A model generated the notes under the pieces. The model saw only the letters and a list, made by a program, of their open reading frames with translations, was not told the origin of the DNA and made no database searches. This document shows, piece by piece, positions 1 through 8,579 of a stretch of 64,000 bases of DNA. The stretch is from Pyrinomonadaceae bacterium. Lineage in GTDB: Bacteria > Acidobacteriota > Blastocatellia > Pyrinomonadales > Pyrinomonadaceae. The translations under genes and the position numbers were made by a program. Position 1 is the stretch's first letter; the number at the start of each line of letters is the position of its first letter. The stretch covers positions 1,098 through 65,097 of the forward strand of contig DASVRL010000422.1 in assembly GCA_036388635.1 (NCBI GenBank). The letters run 5' to 3'.

Positions 1-1
1 C

Positions 2-469
2 GTCAAGTATTTTCAGGTGCAGGACTTTGAATGCAAAGAGCTGCCGGAAAATTATTTTACGTATATGTTTTCGTTCGGCTGTTTGTGCCACGTTTCGTTT
101 GAAGGCATCAGCGAATACGCCCGAAACATTTTTCCGAAGCTTCAGGCAGGCGCAAATTGTTTCTGGCTGGTCGCCGACAGAAAGAAATACAACGAGTTTG
201 TCGAAACCGAGCAAAAATTCGACATCTGGCAGGGCTTAGCGCCGAAACGAAAAAAGCTCGCGCCCGTGCGGATAGTTTTCGAGACGGTTTCCAAAGTGAC
301 GAAACCGACTTTCCGCAAAGTGGACGATTTTGCCGACGGTCAGGGTCACTGGTATGACGCGGGCGCGGAAAGAACGTGCGAGATGCTCGAAAAAATCGGT
401 TACAAGGTCGTTGACCCGGACGTCGGAACCAGCCCGCGCGACCCGATTATTCATTTTATAAAACCATAG
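2..469 (+). CDS. hypothetical protein, 5'-partial (open at window edge)
   Basis: The frame is open from nt 2 with no stop before 467-469. The listed ORF start at 17 is an internal GTG. I cannot name any motif with confidence. Confidence 0.5.
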   Translation, partial: VKYFQVQDFECKELPENYFTYMFSFGCLCHVSFEGISEYARNIFPKLQAGANCFWLVADRKKYNEFVETEQKFDIWQGLAPKRKKLAPVRIVFETVSKVTKPTFRKVDDFADGQGHWYDAGAERTCEMLEKIGYKVVDPDVGTSPRDPIIHFIKP

Positions 470-486
470 AATTTTGAAATAAAACT

Positions 487-1365
487 ATGCCAAGTTTATT
501 AGATATGCGCCGGCGCATTAAGTCGGTCAAAAATACGCAGCAAATCACCAAAGCGATGAAAATGGTCGCGGCGGCGAAGCTCAGGCGCGCGCAGGACCGC
601 GTGACGGCGGCGCGCCCGTTTGCGCAGAAGATGTCGCAAGTTCTCGGCGGCTTGAGCGCCAGAATCGGCGAAGATTTTTCGCACCCGCTGCTGGACGCGC
701 GCGGCGACGAAAAATATTTGATTGTTATCGTCACCGCCGACAAAGGGCTGGCGGGCGCGTTTAACGCCAACGTTATCAAAGCGGCGCAGGCGTTTATGAA
801 AGAAAACGCCGGGAAATCGACTCAAATGATGCCGGTCGGCAGAAAAGGACGCGATTTCTTCAAACGCCGCGAAATCGCCTTTCTCGAAGAATACGTCGGC
901 TTGACCGGAAAGGGTCGCATCGAATACGCCGAGGCAGTCGAAATCGCGCAGAACGTCATCAGAACTTTCACCGAAGACGAGTCGATTGACAAAGTCTTTC
1001 TGGTTTACAGCGAATTCAAATCCGTTCTGTCGCAAAAGCCGTCTGTGCAGCAATTGCTTCCGATTCCGAAAATAGCTGGCGAAGAAGCGCAGACGACCGG
1101 CGCGCAATCCGAATATATTTACGAGCAGCCGCCCGCCGAAATTTTCGGACGCCTGCTGCCGAAACAGGTCGAAACGCAGATTTACAGCGCGATTCTCGAA
1201 TCAATCGCTTCGGAACAGGGCGCGCGCATGACCGCAATGGACAGCGCGTCGAAAAACGCGGGCGAGCTTATCAGCTCGCTAACCCTGAATATGAACCGCA
1301 TCCGTCAGGCGGCGATTACGAAAGAAATTATCGAAGTCGTTTCCGGCGCGGCTGCGGCTCAGTAA
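487..1365 (+). CDS. atpG: F0F1 ATP synthase gamma subunit
   Basis: The N-terminus MPSLLDMRRRIKSVKNTQQITKAMKMVAAAKLRRAQ and C-terminus NRIRQAAITKEIIEVVSGA match the conserved coiled-coil termini of F1 gamma. The 292-aa length is typical. Confidence 0.93.
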   Translation: MPSLLDMRRRIKSVKNTQQITKAMKMVAAAKLRRAQDRVTAARPFAQKMSQVLGGLSARIGEDFSHPLLDARGDEKYLIVIVTADKGLAGAFNANVIKAAQAFMKENAGKSTQMMPVGRKGRDFFKRREIAFLEEYVGLTGKGRIEYAEAVEIAQNVIRTFTEDESIDKVFLVYSEFKSVLSQKPSVQQLLPIPKIAGEEAQTTGAQSEYIYEQPPAEIFGRLLPKQVETQIYSAILESIASEQGARMTAMDSASKNAGELISSLTLNMNRIRQAAITKEIIEVVSGAAAAQ

Positions 1366-1374
1366 AATCCGGTT

Positions 1375-1842
1375 GTGGACAGCTTGACTAAAGCAAAATG
1401 GCGCGGGCGAATTTTTCGTTACGCGCCTTTAATTTTGTGGATTGGCGCGATTTTCGTTGCTTCGTCGAATACGGGTTCGATGTCGAATACCTCGCGCATT
1501 ATTCGCCCGCTGCTGGAGTTTTTTTTTCCCGGCACACCCGAAGAAATTCTCATCGTTTATCACGGCTACATTCGCAAATTCGCGCATTTTGCCGAATACT
1601 TTGCGCTGGCTTTCCTGGCAGCGCGCGCTTTTTCCGGCTCTTCCCATAAAATCCTGCGAAATTACTGGTTTATTTTTTCGCTGGTTTTAGTCGTCTCGGT
1701 GGCGACCGCGGACGAGACCAACCAGAGTTTTCTCGCTTCGCGGACCAGTTCCGTCTACGATGTTTTGCTCGACAGTTCGGGCGGCTTGACGATGATTTTA
1801 TTTTTTTGGCTTTACCGGTATTTCTTTTCCAAAAAAAATTAA
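1375..1842 (+). CDS. VanZ-like family membrane protein
   Basis: 155 aa with several hydrophobic helices and a KFAHFAEYFALAFL-type motif typical of VanZ-like proteins. GTG start 9 nt after the atpG stop. Confidence 0.7.
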   Translation: MDSLTKAKWRGRIFRYAPLILWIGAIFVASSNTGSMSNTSRIIRPLLEFFFPGTPEEILIVYHGYIRKFAHFAEYFALAFLAARAFSGSSHKILRNYWFIFSLVLVVSVATADETNQSFLASRTSSVYDVLLDSSGGLTMILFFWLYRYFFSKKN

Positions 1843-1929
1843 TTGCTTAATTTCAATCGCTTTTCCCTTTTCATTCCCGAAACTTTATGCGATATTTTTC
1901 GTTAAGAAATACAAAGGAGAAATTATAAA

Positions 1930-3111
1930 ATGGGTATTTTCGACAAAGTTAAGGAAGCCGCGATGAACCAGTTTATCGAAGTCATCGAATGGCTCGATAA
2001 TTCGGGCGATACGATTTTGTATCGCTTTCCGGTCGCCGGTCAGGAAATCAAAAACGGCGCGCAGCTTATCGTGCGCGAATCGCAGGCGGCGGTTTTCGTT
2101 TTTGAAGGTCAGGCGGCTGACACTTTCGGTCCCGGTCGCTTCACGATTGACGGCGGCAACACGCCGATTCTCTCGAAACTCGGCGCGTGGAAATACGGTT
2201 TTAACTCGCCGATGAAATCGGAAGTTTATTTTGTTAACACCAAGCAGTTTACCGATATGAAATGGGGCACGGCAAACCCAATTATGCTGCGCGACAACGA
2301 TTTCGGCATCGTGCGCCTGCGCGCTTTCGGCGGTTATTCGATGCGCGTCGTCGACCCGCAGACTTTTATCAAGGAAGTCGCCGGCACCAATGCGCATTTT
2401 CAAACCGACGACATTGACGCGCAACTGAAACGCGGCATCGTTTCGGAATTTTCCGACGCCATCGGCGAAATGAAAATACCGGCTTTGGATTTGGCGGCGC
2501 AATACAAGGAACTCGGCGAAGCGATTCGCGCCAAAATCAACGAAGATTTTCGCACTTACGGAATCGAAGTCACGAAATTCTACGTCGAAAACATCAGCTT
2601 GCCGCCCGAAGTCGAAGCGGCAATCGACAAACGCAGCTCGATGGGCGCGCTCGGCAATGCCGAACAGTATATGAAATTTCAGGCGGCTGACGCGCTGCGC
2701 GACGCGGCGCAGAATGAAGGCGGCGGCGCGGGCTTGGGCGCCGGCTTGGGCGCGGGTTTTGCGGTCGGCAACCAGATGGCAAACGTTTTCGGCGGTCAGC
2801 AAGGCGGCGGTCAGGGCAGCGGCGGCGGCGGTCAGCAGCAAACCGTGCAGCCGCAGGCGCAGATGATTCCGTGTCCGAATTGCGGAAAATCGAACGTGTC
2901 GGGAACAAAATTCTGCGGCGAATGCGGCGGCAAGATGGAAGTCGCCAAAGTTCCCTGCGTCAAATGCGGCGCGGAACTCCGCGAAGGCGCGAAATTCTGT
3001 TCGGAATGCGGTTCGAGCCAGGCGAAAGCGAAATGCACGAACTGCCAGGCGGAACTCGCTGCGGGCGCAAAATTCTGTCCCGATTGCGGAACGAAGACGG
3101 AAGACAGTTGA
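1930..3111 (+). CDS. SPFH/band-7-like domain protein with three C-terminal zinc-ribbon units
   Basis: The N-terminal ~260 aa look like a YdjI-type SPFH domain. A Gly/Gln-rich linker (GGGAGLGAGLGAG...GGQQGGGQGSGGGGQQQ) follows. After it come three CxxC-x11-13-CxxC units (CPNCG..CGECG, CVKCG..CSECG, CTNCQ..CPDCG). SD-like AAAGGAGA lies upstream. Confidence 0.7.
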   Translation: MGIFDKVKEAAMNQFIEVIEWLDNSGDTILYRFPVAGQEIKNGAQLIVRESQAAVFVFEGQAADTFGPGRFTIDGGNTPILSKLGAWKYGFNSPMKSEVYFVNTKQFTDMKWGTANPIMLRDNDFGIVRLRAFGGYSMRVVDPQTFIKEVAGTNAHFQTDDIDAQLKRGIVSEFSDAIGEMKIPALDLAAQYKELGEAIRAKINEDFRTYGIEVTKFYVENISLPPEVEAAIDKRSSMGALGNAEQYMKFQAADALRDAAQNEGGGAGLGAGLGAGFAVGNQMANVFGGQQGGGQGSGGGGQQQTVQPQAQMIPCPNCGKSNVSGTKFCGECGGKMEVAKVPCVKCGAELREGAKFCSECGSSQAKAKCTNCQAELAAGAKFCPDCGTKTEDS

Positions 3112-3204
3112 TAACTGATAACTGATAACTGATAGTTAAAAACAAAAAGCGAGAACTCAATAAAGAGTTCTCGCTTTTTTCAGTTATCAGTTATCAACTA
3201 TCAC
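3108..3204. repeat. palindromic heptamer-array element, family A copy 1
   Basis: The left arm is GATAACT x3 plus GATAGTT (3110-3137). The right arm is AGTTATC x2 plus AACTATC (3182-3202). Together they enclose a GC-rich terminator hairpin. The element is closely related to 8574-8648. Confidence 0.85.
3148..3180. terminator. bidirectional intrinsic terminator between convergent genes
   Basis: The stem is AGCGAGAACTC (3148-3158) pairing with GAGTTCTCGCT (3165-3175). It is followed by a T-run (to 3180) and preceded by an A-rich run, so it can terminate both strands. Confidence 0.85.
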
Positions 3205-3939
3205 TTATCCCACCAGTTTGCCCAGATAATAGGGCAGCATTTTGCGCCACCAGACCCAATCGTGATTGACGTCGTGTCCCCAGACGTCGAGCCAGTGCGG
3301 AATGCTTTTGGACTTGAGCAGTGCGGAAAATTCGCGGCTTCGGTCGGGCGCTTCATATGCGCCTTGTCCGGTCGCGACGATGATTGAATCGGCTTTTTTC
3401 AGGCGCGGCAGGTGGTAATCGTCGTTCAGATTTTTCAGATACATCATCGGATTGTTGAAATAGACGTTGTCGTCGTAATAATTTTCCAGATAATTGTAAA
3501 TGTTGTAGCTGCCGCTCATCGCAATCGTGCCGCGAAAATTATCGGAGTGTTTGAAATAAGTGTTTGCCGCGAGCAGTGCGCCCAAAGAGGCGCCGGTCGT
3601 TAAAGGTTTGGCGTCGGCTCCGCATTCGTTGCGAATCAGGGGCAAAACCTCCTGCATAATGTATTTGTCGTAACGCGAAAGCATTTCGACCTTCCAAGCC
3701 GGATGCGATTCCTTGTTTAGCAGGCTGTAACGGTTGACCGAATTAATCGAATAAGCGCGAATCTTGCCGCTTTCGATAAAATCCTTAATCGCGTCAATCA
3801 GATAAAATCTCTCGTATTCGAGATAATCGGCGGCGGCGGTCGGAAACATCAAAAGCGGAACGCCCGCCTCGCCGTAAGCCACCAGCGGCATATCCATATT
3901 TAAATTGTGGCTATACCACGAAGTCGTATCACGTCGCAT
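3205..3939 (-). CDS. esterase family alpha/beta hydrolase
   Basis: 244 aa. Carries a GASLGA (GxSxG) nucleophile elbow. The overall pattern resembles putative-esterase family proteins (esterase D/enterochelin-esterase-like fold). Confidence 0.7.
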   Translation of the reverse strand: MRRDTTSWYSHNLNMDMPLVAYGEAGVPLLMFPTAAADYLEYERFYLIDAIKDFIESGKIRAYSINSVNRYSLLNKESHPAWKVEMLSRYDKYIMQEVLPLIRNECGADAKPLTTGASLGALLAANTYFKHSDNFRGTIAMSGSYNIYNYLENYYDDNVYFNNPMMYLKNLNDDYHLPRLKKADSIIVATGQGAYEAPDRSREFSALLKSKSIPHWLDVWGHDVNHDWVWWRKMLPYYLGKLVG

Positions 3940-4094
3940 AAAATATTCAGCTCCAGAAGTTTTGTCGTAAAACCTAGATTATATAAAACTTGTCGGGTAT
4001 TTGACGAATTTTCGCTCCTTGAAATTCAAAGGAGCATAAAGAATTTTCTTTACGCTCCTTTGTATTCGGCTGCGAAAAACCTTTCTTTCAGATT

Positions 4095-5096
4095 TTATTT
4101 CGCCACGGTAATCTCGCGCGTCGTCGAATTATAGCCGCCGTTGTCTACCAGGTTTCCGTTTTTATCGATTAGTTCGACCTTGATGCTGTGTTTGCCGTTC
4201 GTCCAGCCCGAAAGCCAGATCGGCTGCCATTTGTCGATAAATTTCCCTTCGCCGCCGTCAACCGAATAACGCACGCGATATTCGCCGCCGTCGCCCGCGA
4301 GCTTGGCGTTTGCCAGCCAGAAATCAATCATAATCGCGTCGGCGTCCGCGCCTTTGTATTCGCCTTTCGGGCGGCTGTAGGTCAAAAGCGGTTTCGTTTT
4401 ATCGACCGCGCCCGCCGTCGAGTTCGCCATATCCTTGCCTTCGGGCGGGGCGGAATTAGCATTGGTCGGGTAATTATTACTAACATTATTTGCCGCATTA
4501 ACATTCGACATTTGCTGTCCAGAACTGGTCGTGGTCGGCTGGTTAGCGTTCGCGCCGCCGTTGGTCACGGTGAATTTCACCATCTGAAACGCGCCTTCCG
4601 TTTTATAGCTTTCGTGCCACGGGCGCGATGGGAAAACGCGCAGAGTGTGCTCGCCGTTGGCGACGTTTCGCAGCTCGAATTCCTGGTCGAGATTGTAATA
4701 GGCTTCATACGGCTGGTTGTCGAGAATAACGTGAATATGATTGCCCATCTGCGTCGCCATATCTTTCATCGGCTTGTAGCCTTTTAAATCTCCGCTCAGA
4801 TTCAGCTTCACTTTAACGGTCGAGCTATTGACGGTCGATCCGTCGGCGGGCGAGGCGATTTTCAAAGCCGGCGTCGCCTGGTCTTGCTCGCCGCGCTGCG
4901 TCATCATTTCCTGAATCTTCGGCGGGCGCGGCACTTCGCTTAAATTCTGTGCGGCTGGCGTCGCCGGAGTTGCATTGACGTTGTCGACAACTCTCATATT
5001 TCCGTTCGTGTTCGTATTAGTGTTCGTCGCCGGCGCGCCGCAAGCCGCGAAAATGCCGACCGCGATTAAAAATGCGAATAATTTCGTAAATTTCAT
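4095..5096 (-). CDS. lipoprotein of unknown function with two beta-sandwich-like repeats
   Basis: I chose the ATG at 5096 because AAGGAG lies 7 nt upstream. The signal peptide has a lipobox (IFAAC). An Asn/Thr-rich linker is followed by two similar ~100-aa modules. Confidence 0.65.
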   Translation of the reverse strand: MKFTKLFAFLIAVGIFAACGAPATNTNTNTNGNMRVVDNVNATPATPAAQNLSEVPRPPKIQEMMTQRGEQDQATPALKIASPADGSTVNSSTVKVKLNLSGDLKGYKPMKDMATQMGNHIHVILDNQPYEAYYNLDQEFELRNVANGEHTLRVFPSRPWHESYKTEGAFQMVKFTVTNGGANANQPTTTSSGQQMSNVNAANNVSNNYPTNANSAPPEGKDMANSTAGAVDKTKPLLTYSRPKGEYKGADADAIMIDFWLANAKLAGDGGEYRVRYSVDGGEGKFIDKWQPIWLSGWTNGKHSIKVELIDKNGNLVDNGGYNSTTREITVAK

Positions 5097-5250
5097 AATT
5101 CTCCTTATTCTTCTCAAAACGTGGTTACCAATAAAGTTAGCGAGCTTTGCTTCTCAAGCGGGAAATTTTCTTTATGAATATTCGACAATTACAATCACGG
5201 GCAAAGAATATTTCTCCGGCTTGAAAATCAAAACTCGCCAAGAAGATTTT

Positions 5251-5940
5251 TCAAACTTCGGCGGCGACTACTACTACTGCCGATTGCCGCAGTTCTTCAA
5301 ACTTTTCGAACCCGAAAACATCGACAAAGTTTTTGATTATTCTGTCTTCGACTTCGGCGAGCGTCAGTTCGCGTCCCAGAATCTTTTCCATCGAAGTTAC
5401 GGGTTCGCCCTCGCACGCGATAATCCAATTAAAAAAACTCAAATCCGTGTTGACGTTCAGCGCAAAGCCGTGCGTCGTCACCCAGCGTTTCAGATGCACG
5501 CCGATTGCCGCGATTTTTCCGTCGCGCGTGTGGACGCCCGTTAGACCTTCGAGGCGAAACGCTTCGATGTCGAAATCCGCCATCGTGCGAATCAAAACTT
5601 CCTCGACGTCGCGCACATATTTATGCACGTCCTCGCGGTCGGGCGATAAATTTATAATCGGGTAGCCGACGATTTGTCCGAGCCCGTGATACGTCACCTT
5701 GCCGCCGCGATTCGTTTCATAAACCGCAACGTCCAGAGATTTTAAAACTTCCGCCGTCGCCAGCACGCCCGCTCGTTTAGCGCTTCTGCCCAAAGTAAAA
5801 GTATGCGGGTGTTCGAGCAGAAAAAGCGTGTCGGGCGCTTCGCGCGCGATAACGGCTTGTTCGGTTTGTTTCTGCAGATTCAGCGCCGCATCGTAATCGA
5901 TGCGACCGAGACGGCAAACTTTTAAAGGTCTTTTATTCAT
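5251..5940 (-). CDS. lipB: lipoyl(octanoyl) transferase
   Basis: Carries NRGGKVTYHGLGQIVGYPI and the downstream catalytic-Cys region IIACEGEPVTSM. The 229-aa length is typical of LipB. Confidence 0.9.
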   Translation of the reverse strand: MNKRPLKVCRLGRIDYDAALNLQKQTEQAVIAREAPDTLFLLEHPHTFTLGRSAKRAGVLATAEVLKSLDVAVYETNRGGKVTYHGLGQIVGYPIINLSPDREDVHKYVRDVEEVLIRTMADFDIEAFRLEGLTGVHTRDGKIAAIGVHLKRWVTTHGFALNVNTDLSFFNWIIACEGEPVTSMEKILGRELTLAEVEDRIIKNFVDVFGFEKFEELRQSAVVVVAAEV

Positions 5941-6068
5941 CTTTGCTTATGTTAAGATTTTACTTGATGCTATCTGAAAATAAAACTTGCCGTTCGGCGG
6001 CGAACTTATGCGCCGCTAATTTGAGATTTCAAACGCGTTTACCGAACGGCGAATCTTTAAGAGGAAAA

Positions 6069-6617
6069 ATGAATAAAAAATCAATTTTAATAAAATCGTT
6101 TGTTGTTCTGGTTTGTCTGGTTAGTTTAAGCCTGTCGGCGGCGGCGCAGCGGCGCAAAACGCCCGTGCGGAGAACGACGCCGAAAGCGACGCCGACTTCT
6201 GCCGTTTCGACACCGAGCAATATGCTCGAAATCAAAACCGGCGCGGAAAAGGTTTCGGTTCAGATTAAAAACGTGACGAAGTTTATTTATGTGCTCGGCG
6301 GCGTGGCTAAAGGCATCGAGGATATTGACAAGGAAGCGCGTTCGGGAAAAATTTCAAGGGCGGTCGTCGATAAAAACTCGCAGTATAAACAAAACGTCAT
6401 TCAAAGCATCAGAAACCTGCGCGCCGGTCTGGCGGCGCTCGAAGTCGAGTTTCGCACGAAGCCCGCGCTGAGAAATTATCTGGCTAATATTCAGGGAATC
6501 TCCGATATGTCGGGCGTCGCCGAAGACCAGGCGGTCGGCGGGCAGTTTACCGAATCGGGCAGAACGCTGCTGGCGGTCGTGGAAAAATTGTCGGACACGC
6601 TGGCGGCTTTGCCGTAA
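6069..6617 (+). CDS. secreted hypothetical protein
   Basis: The internal ATG at 6069 is preceded by GAGGAAAA. It has a signal peptide (MNKKSILIKSFVVLVCLVSLSLSAAAQ). The longer listed ORF (from 5943) would abut the lipB start at 5940 and has no SD. Confidence 0.6.
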   Translation: MNKKSILIKSFVVLVCLVSLSLSAAAQRRKTPVRRTTPKATPTSAVSTPSNMLEIKTGAEKVSVQIKNVTKFIYVLGGVAKGIEDIDKEARSGKISRAVVDKNSQYKQNVIQSIRNLRAGLAALEVEFRTKPALRNYLANIQGISDMSGVAEDQAVGGQFTESGRTLLAVVEKLSDTLAALP

Positions 6618-6620
6618 ATT

Positions 6621-6665
6621 AGTCGAGAGTCAAAAGAAAAATCTTCCGGCTCTCGACTTTTTTTA
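6621..6665 (+). terminator. intrinsic terminator between convergent genes
   Basis: The stem is AGTCGAGAG (6621-6629) pairing with CTCTCGACT (6650-6658), followed by a T-run. Confidence 0.7.
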
Positions 6666-7331
6666 AGGTTTTTTAAACTCGGCGACTTTCTTTTCCGGCG
6701 CGCAGATTTCAGTTGTTTTTTCGGCGGTCAGCGCGGATTTTTTATCTTCGGTCGGTAAACCCAGTCTTTGCCTGATAAACGTTTCGGCTTCGGCTTCAAT
6801 TAATTCGCCGTTGACGATGAAGGCTTTATTCAGCAAAACGTCGCCTTTCTTCTCCAGTTTTTTCGGTTCGAGAAAGATATTCCAGGGCGAACCCCAGTTG
6901 CGCGTGTCGCCCGTCGCTTTGCGATACTCGTAGTGCAGAGTTTTCTGTTTCGCGGCGGTCGAATCTGATTCGTAAACGACGGGAAAAGTAATCTTGAAGC
7001 TTTCGAGACTCGCTTTCATTTTTTCGACCGTGTCGTATTCGCCGACGCCGACCACTTCAAAACCGTTCGCCTTGTATTTTTCGTAAAGCTTCTGCGCGAT
7101 GGGCGCTTCATTGCGCCAGTTCGGGCACCACGGCGCAAAGTAAACGACCATTACCAGCTTTTTGTCTGCCGCAAAACTGCGCAGATTTATTTCCTTTTCA
7201 TCACGAACCGATTTGTAAGTCCAGTCTTTGTATTGAACGTCCTTTTCCAGAATCGGCGCTTGCTCGCCCGTCTGCGCCGAGGCAAACACGAAACTTAAAA
7301 GCAGAATTGCGATAGATAAAAGCGTTTTCAT
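6663..7331 (-). CDS. TlpA/redoxin-like thioredoxin-fold protein, secreted, monothiol
   Basis: It has a signal peptide and the thioredoxin-fold motif FAPWCPNW. The second Cys of the usual CxxC is replaced by Trp. Confidence 0.65.
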   Translation of the reverse strand: MKTLLSIAILLLSFVFASAQTGEQAPILEKDVQYKDWTYKSVRDEKEINLRSFAADKKLVMVVYFAPWCPNWRNEAPIAQKLYEKYKANGFEVVGVGEYDTVEKMKASLESFKITFPVVYESDSTAAKQKTLHYEYRKATGDTRNWGSPWNIFLEPKKLEKKGDVLLNKAFIVNGELIEAEAETFIRQRLGLPTEDKKSALTAEKTTEICAPEKKVAEFKKP

Positions 7332-7490
7332 TTTTTTTGATAAACTCCCTGCGGTTAGACTAACTTTTCAGATGCCGAAAAACAAGTAAAAGTTAACTTT
7401 AAACTCTCGAAGCTATTACGCGCTTAATCGAGCCAAAGTTTAAAATGCAAAATTAAATTTTTCTTCCGTTTTCCGTTTTCCGGCTTACCT

Positions 7491-7973
7491 TCACCGCCTG
7501 CCGAACCAGTAAACGCAGTTCAGATAAATGCCCGTCAGCGCCGACAGGCTTGCCAGCAGCGAGAAAACGATTAAAAGCGTCACCTGCCAGCTTCCGGCAA
7601 AAAAATAAAAATGCGCCTCGCGGAAAAATCTGGTTTTCCACGTCGGCGGCTTGGACATCTGCGCTTCGCCGGTTTCGGCGTCGATAAAAATCGAATCCGC
7701 GCCCAGCCCGCCGATTGATTGATACTGCGGTCTGCCGTCTTTCATCAACAAAGTCAAAGCCGTCGTCGGCAATTGTTTTCCCGCCAGTTCGGCGGCTTTT
7801 TGCATCGCTTCAGGCGGCGCGATTTTCACGCGCGAAGCATCGATTTTTTCCACGCTGCCGCCTTCGACCACGTTCGGCAAAGCATACAAAAAACCGCTCA
7901 AAGCCCACGCCAGAACGGGAATCGAAACGAAAAGCCCGAGCCACAGATGTAGTTTGTAAATAAGCTTTTGCAT
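7491..7973 (-). CDS. PepSY-associated transmembrane protein
   Basis: I chose the ATG at 7973 (MQKLIYKLHLWLGLFVSIPVLAWALSG), a typical PepSY-TM N-terminus, and there is a C-terminal TM helix. The longer listed ORF runs into a palindromic repeat. Confidence 0.65.
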   Translation of the reverse strand: MQKLIYKLHLWLGLFVSIPVLAWALSGFLYALPNVVEGGSVEKIDASRVKIAPPEAMQKAAELAGKQLPTTALTLLMKDGRPQYQSIGGLGADSIFIDAETGEAQMSKPPTWKTRFFREAHFYFFAGSWQVTLLIVFSLLASLSALTGIYLNCVYWFGRR

Positions 7974-7984
7974 ATTTTTGAAAC

Positions 7985-8109
7985 CACAGATTAACACAAC
8001 GCAGAACGCGGAGCGATGAATGATAAACGATGAATGCAATTTCAGCATTTCGACTTCTGCGTTCCGCGTTGCACGTTCCGCGTTCCGCATTCATCTGTGA
8101 TAATCTGTG
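7985..8109. repeat. mosaic palindromic element, family B copy 1, in a divergent intergenic region
   Basis: The outer inverted ends are CACAGATTA (7985-7993) and TAATCTGTG (8101-8109). The interior has tandem GCGTTCC-like units. The 24-mer at 8004-8027 matches 10173-10196 at 22/24 positions. Confidence 0.8.
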
Positions 8110-8150
8110 ATTTCGTTTCTTTTTGTAAAATTAGGAGATTTTCTAAAACA

Positions 8151-8579
8151 ATGAGCAATCAATCGACCGTCGCCGATATTTTCCGCCGCGCACTGGAAAT
8201 CAGACAAGCCAATCCGAACGGCTCTTACAAGGACGTCAAATCGCAAATCGTCAGCGAATTCGGCGGAAAGTCGTTTCCGTCAACCGCCAGTTTGACGATT
8301 CCCGAGTACGACAACATCGCGCCCGAAGAAGATTGGACTGCCGGTTTGCCGATTGTCCTGCGCGGCATTCAACTGGAAGATTGGAGTGAGGTGGCGCACG
8401 GCATTATCATCAGCCTCGAACAGGTCGAAAATTACCCGAAAGAATCCGGGCGGGAAGACGACCCCGACAAAGAATGGCGCAACCGGCATAAGGGCATTGC
8501 GGAAGCCGAAGAAAAAAATCTGAGCAAATGGATGCCGGAAGAATTGCTGGCGGTCGCGAAAAGAAACGTCAAAAGTTGA
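8151..8579 (+). CDS. hypothetical protein
   Basis: The ATG at 8151 is preceded by TTAGGAGA. The composition is acidic and globular. I recognise no motif. Confidence 0.6.
   Translation: MSNQSTVADIFRRALEIRQANPNGSYKDVKSQIVSEFGGKSFPSTASLTIPEYDNIAPEEDWTAGLPIVLRGIQLEDWSEVAHGIIISLEQVENYPKESGREDDPDKEWRNRHKGIAEAEEKNLSKWMPEELLAVAKRNVKS

Noticed and set aside
1885-2841. A long antisense ORF (318 aa) opposite the SPFH gene. Similar long antisense ORFs occur at 499..1107, 9507..9989, 19946..20650, 50947..51654, 51860..52450, 57415..58173 and 62483..63085.
   Set aside because: All are Arg/Ala/Phe-rich shadow ORFs on the opposite strand of genes with clear family motifs. Their composition is not protein-like.
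3108-3204. Whether the heptamer arrays here, at 8574-8648 and at 17468-17524 are CRISPR arrays
   Set aside because: The units are 7 nt and directly abutting with no spacers. The arrays are inverted to form hairpins, and no cas genes are present.
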